A stretch of 64,000 nucleotides of DNA from Chrysomallon squamiferum (Eukaryota; Animalia; Mollusca), in the NCBI GenBank assembly GCA_012295275.1, contig CM022673.1, positions 10,230,001-10,294,000 of the forward strand. Reading direction: 5' to 3'. Of this stretch, positions 59,301 to 64,000 are shown piece after piece. Position numbers and translations under genes: made by a program. Position 1 is the first letter of the stretch; every line of letters begins with the position of its first letter. The notes under the pieces are model-generated. The model saw only the letters and a list, made by a program, of their open reading frames with translations. It was not told where the DNA came from and did not search any database.

Positions 59301-59892
59301 CTACTATTCAGTAACTATTCTTAGAAAAATAATATACATATACGGGTGTGTTGTGTCTGAATATTTCTGTACTGACATTACATACAATCAGATAATGCAT
59401 TGTTAACTATTTCAACCATTTAATATCTCTGTACTATATATATATATCTATTATCAGAAAATACTAGTTAATATTGAAACAAACTGAGAAACAGGTGTGA
59501 TCGTTTTATCTACATTTACCAGTTCATTGTGTCCTTTACGTTTAGCGTATCTGTCAATATCAGTGTCACTATTGACGATATACCCAAGTTTATTACCGGT
59601 GACTAAGCGGGTGTTTGGGTGTGTAGGCGATCTTCGACAAAAAGAAGTGTATACCGCGGAGCAAGGTCACATGAATCATCATGTGAATATATCATATGCT
59701 CAGTCAGGCTATTAAAGCTGTTTAAAATGTATGTTGTATTTCGGTTAAATGGCAATGCGTTGCCGTGTCCTTGATGTTTCGCGAATTCTGAGTCATAGAT
59801 GCCAATTTGAATAAAGCTTTTGCCATGATAATGTTAATAGCAACTTTTATATACATATATATGTGTGTGTGTGTGTGTCTGTACATATATAT

Positions 59893-60088
59893 ATATTCAC
59901 ATATATAATAATTATAATAAGAACATATATATGTGTATGTGTGTGTGTATAACACACTAATTTCTAATATTTTCTAAATAGATATATATATATATATATA
60001 TAGAAAATATTAGAAATTAGTGTGTTACACACACACACACAGACACACACATATATTTTCTTATTATAATTATTATATATGTGAATAT
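59893..60088. repeat. Long AT-rich inverted repeat (palindrome) with a (TA)n centre
   Basis: Arm 59893-59976 is the reverse complement of arm 60001-60088 except in the internal TG/CA tract. Confidence 0.92.
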
Positions 60089-60476
60089 TTAGAAAAAATT
60101 TTTATTATATTCCTATTTAATAATTACAATCACAAAATCTATTTGGTATATAATTATAAGTATGTGTGTCGTTTCGTTTAATTTTAGATATATATATATC
60201 CATGACATATATGCATGTAAATATCTCCACGATATATTTATTTTTAAAAGTTGTGAGTGAACATATCCGTGTCCAGCGGCGGAAATATGTGATCGTGTTT
60301 TAATGAGTATCTGCTGTTTTAAAAATAAAAAATAAATTCCATTAATACCTTGTCGTGTAACGCAGATTTTCACCGGTCAAGTTAATTTGAGAAATTCGTA
60401 AAATTTCAAATACACATTTGTATATTTTTGTAAATGTTTAATGTTTTACTCGTTCCATTTTGAAAGCTAAGCAGTG

Positions 60477-60537
<61 letters not shown>

Positions 60538-60579
60538 GTTATCGTTATCGTTATCGTTATCGTTATCGTTATCGTTATC

Positions 60580-60623
<44 letters not shown>

Positions 60624-60891
60624 CTTTATCGTTATTATTATTATTGTTGTTATTGCTGATGTCGTGGTGGTTGTGGTGGTAGTGGCATTGGTGGTGGAGA
60701 TGATGGTGGTCATGCAATGTATATAAATCACAGGTTTTAGAAAACGTCAAACATTAGTGTGTTAGACATATTATAAATTACACAACACCCGTTTAAAAAC
60801 TTTTTTGTTTTTGTTTAATAAATATTATCGCTATAGTTGCCAACAAAGACTTAAAAACGTTTATTTAAAATATTTGTGTAGTCTTACAAAC

Positions 60892-60973
60892 CTTGTCACG
60901 CCTGCTCTGGACATTGTTGTAGAAACTTCCACCGTGTTTTTGTTATGATGTAGCCAGCCAGGTTGGAGAAAAG
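60892..60973 (-). other. Candidate upstream or alternative MLCK exon
   Basis: Strong acceptor ttttcacttttctctttcAG; ATG at 60914 gives MSRAGVT ag|GTTTGT (phase 2); a second possible donor GTAAGA lies 4 nt further. Confidence 0.5.
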
Positions 60974-62125
60974 CTGAAAGAGAAAAGTGAAAAATGAAAA
61001 CACCAAAGAATTAAAAATGTTGCGATGTCTATAAATATTGTCGTATTTTATGATTAACAAAGATTGGTGGGCTAGTAACAAACAAAAGAATGACTTGGAA
61101 GCACGTACAGGAAAAATATATTTGACATTTTTTTTATATTTAGAACAAACGAAAGGTTTAATGGGTTGTTTAGTCTAAACTTTTTACCTTTTTTATAACG
61201 ACGTTAAATTTACAGTGATGCATACATACATGTACACAGACACACACACACACACATACACATACACATATATATATAAACATACATGCCTACATACACG
61301 CACATTCACCCGTACACACACTCACTAACAGGAATAATAGCAATAATGACAATAACAACAACAATGACAGTAATAAAATACCTACATATAAACATTAATT
61401 ATATTTAAGCAAACTTTCATACAATATACATATAATTAACTATGCATAGTAAAAAAAAAAAAAAATCAGAAATGTTTAAATCTAACAGTAGTTGTTGAAA
61501 AAAAAAAAAAAAACGCCATAAGACCTTGTTTCTTGTTTTGGGGGTTTTTTGGGTTGTTGTTGTTGTTGTTGTTGTTGTTGCTGCTGCTTTCTGCCTGTAA
61601 CTCATCACTCAAGACAGGTAAACAAAAAATTAATCTGATTTAACCAGCGATTATCTTATTACTGACCCGATAATTCATTTGCGTTAAATCGAACATGAAT
61701 CAGATTACCATTCAGATAACTCGAACTGGTATCTCCTTTCTAATCATAACTCGAACATTTATCAAATTAGTCGAACTCTTTGTCACGAAGCGTTCTCAGT
61801 GTTTATTAAACTGACGATTTACTCATTGTCCTGTTTGAGTTTTTGGAACTAGCTCAGAGGTAGAGTGTTTGTCACATGTTCGATGGATCCTTTTGGGTGA
61901 TCCAAAGAGCAGTTTTTGCATTCGAGCCTTGCTCAAAAAGAAACGCTTGAAAGGTCAGAGTATGTACTTTCTCTGTCTGTGGGAATATACATATTGAAAA
62001 ACAAACTACTGGAAGGATTGGATTCTGAGTGACATTTTCTAGTTTAGTGTATAGCAGTTCATCATTACTGTGTTGATGATATAGGTGATGATGTTGTTGA
62101 TAATTATAAGAACAATAACAACACC

Positions 62126-62169
<44 letters not shown>

Positions 62170-62820
62170 CACAACAATTGCAATAACATATTTACTAATT
62201 TAACATTTTAAATGATCGTTTATTCATAATTCGCTATTTTATTATTTACAGCTTAGCTTCGATAATAAGTGTGTCTACCATACGCATCACCTGAAGAAAA
62301 TGTAAAATTTGTTTTGTTATATTAGATTCTTTTCTTCTTTTTGTGACATAAATAAACGAATTATCACATTGGAGGTCATATTTAGCCTGAATTTCAGGAA
62401 ATAATTATAATTATTTGCACTAGTTTTCTGAAAACATTCAAAATGTAAGTAGTGTCATGTATTTACACACTGAAATATATGACACGTGACTCTATTTATT
62501 CATTAGTTCCTTCACGATTTAGTTTTGTTTCATTTCTTCATTATTTCTTTGTAAATAAATAAAATAAATATATGTGCAATATGGATATCCCAATCAACTG
62601 TTCATCAGTTTTACAACGCCAAAATATCTAACAAATAGTAACTATGTATGAAAAAATACAAAATATCAACAGGTGCATCGCAACAGAAATAAAACCAGCC
62701 AATCGTAAGAGATAAAAAAATATATATATATTTCTATGACGTCACCAGAGACGCAGTAATGACGTAGATATTTACTGTCGCCGTACAAATTATCCTCTTC
62801 ATAGTGCTATATTTACTCAC

Positions 62821-63170
62821 TCGTAACGTTATTAAGTTACCAGACTTGCGGCTAGACGTCAATTTAACGTGCGTATTTATCGTGTACCACTGATATAACT
62901 ACTGGCACTTGTTCACGGATGACCGGACGAAATCTTAAACAGCGTGAAACGATAAATTCGTGCAAGGTTGAAAGCTCTGCTGAGGTACAAATAACGATGC
63001 TAATTGTAAATTAACTGGCAGTGGCACGTGATTAGCATGGGCAGCGCACTTAAAACCACTCGCTTATAAGGCGGTGTTGTTTATTACTCCGGTGGGGGAA
63101 GGACCCTGCATATAAAGCCGGATGATAAAACGTCAACAGGAATAGCAGTTCACGGGTTTTGCACGTGCAA
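62821..63170 (-). promoter_or_regulatory. Candidate MLCK promoter and non-coding first exon
   Basis: CpG-richer island; donor GTGAGTAA at 62820 on the minus strand; TATAAG at ~63068-63063; CACGTG E-boxes at ~63025 and ~63162. Confidence 0.4.
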
Positions 63171-63416
63171 GTTAGCCAGGTTTAAACTCATTGCCAATCA
63201 AAGTTTGGGGTTTTTCAGTGCACCTGTGTGTATTGTAAACTGCTATAATTCTTGTAGGCATTTTTGTATTAACTTTTTTTCAAAATCAAACTTTCAAATG
63301 AAGAGTTAAAGACTAACAAATAGGTGAATATATGCTCCAAGTTGTTGTTGTTTTTGGTACATATTTTTTTATTTATGTATACACATATATAATAATAATA
63401 ATAATATCATAAAGCA

Positions 63417-63457
<41 letters not shown>

Positions 63458-63883
63458 AGCACACACACACATGAACACAGATATATACATATTTTAAGAC
63501 TAATAATCATAACTTTAATAATTTATTATGAAATATATATTTCTTTTTGTTTTTATGTTGTTGGGTTTTTTTTGTTTTTTTTTTCCTCTTTTCTTTTTTC
63601 TCTTTTAAATTTCTGTGATGATGGTAATAAATAAATGAAATGTATACACAACGTTAATTACACATTAAAACAGATTAAAGACAAACTTTCATGTTTCTTC
63701 TTAAAGTTTCTTCTTGAAGTTTCTGTGATGAGGGAAATTACAGACAAAATTAATATCCTTACAGCTTACTCTTTCTGCTCTTTAGTAAAGTGAAGCTGTT
63801 ACTGGGAGGGGAGTAACAAACAAATTAAATGCATATGTATATTTGATCATACATAAATATACTTGAAAAGCAAATTTACAGTT

Positions 63884-63936
<53 letters not shown>

Positions 63937-64000
63937 CTTAAAGGAGCGGTGAAACCAATCACAATAAGTAGTATTTAATTATTTTAATTGTATCTTTAAT

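Overview
AT-rich, microsatellite-dense eukaryotic (invertebrate animal) genomic DNA with spliceosomal GT-AG introns; mollusc/cephalopod-like or crustacean-like, but the taxon cannot be fixed from the sequence. Most of the ORF track is simple-repeat noise. Manual exon stitching gives three genes. (1) + strand: the 3' part of a receptor (membrane) guanylyl cyclase, 8 exons, 1236-8457. (2) - strand: a complete class-C-scavenger-receptor-like type I membrane protein (signal peptide, 2 CCP/Sushi, MAM, Thr-rich mucin stalk, TM, short tail), 8 exons, 28876-15253, with a 1-nt frameshift in the mucin exon. (3) - strand: a short kinase-only myosin light chain kinase (sqa/MLCK-like, about 357 aa), 9 coding exons, 58316-36388, with candidate alternative/upstream exons to about 63 kb. 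Notable non-genic structure: tandem arrays that amplify both splice junctions of one cyclase intron, a hAT-type MITE with an 8-bp TSD, a ~200-bp AT-rich palindrome, several decayed minisatellites, and a direct repeat flanking the scavenger-receptor gene. I found no prokaryote-type system (CRISPR etc.) and cannot claim a demonstrably novel system.
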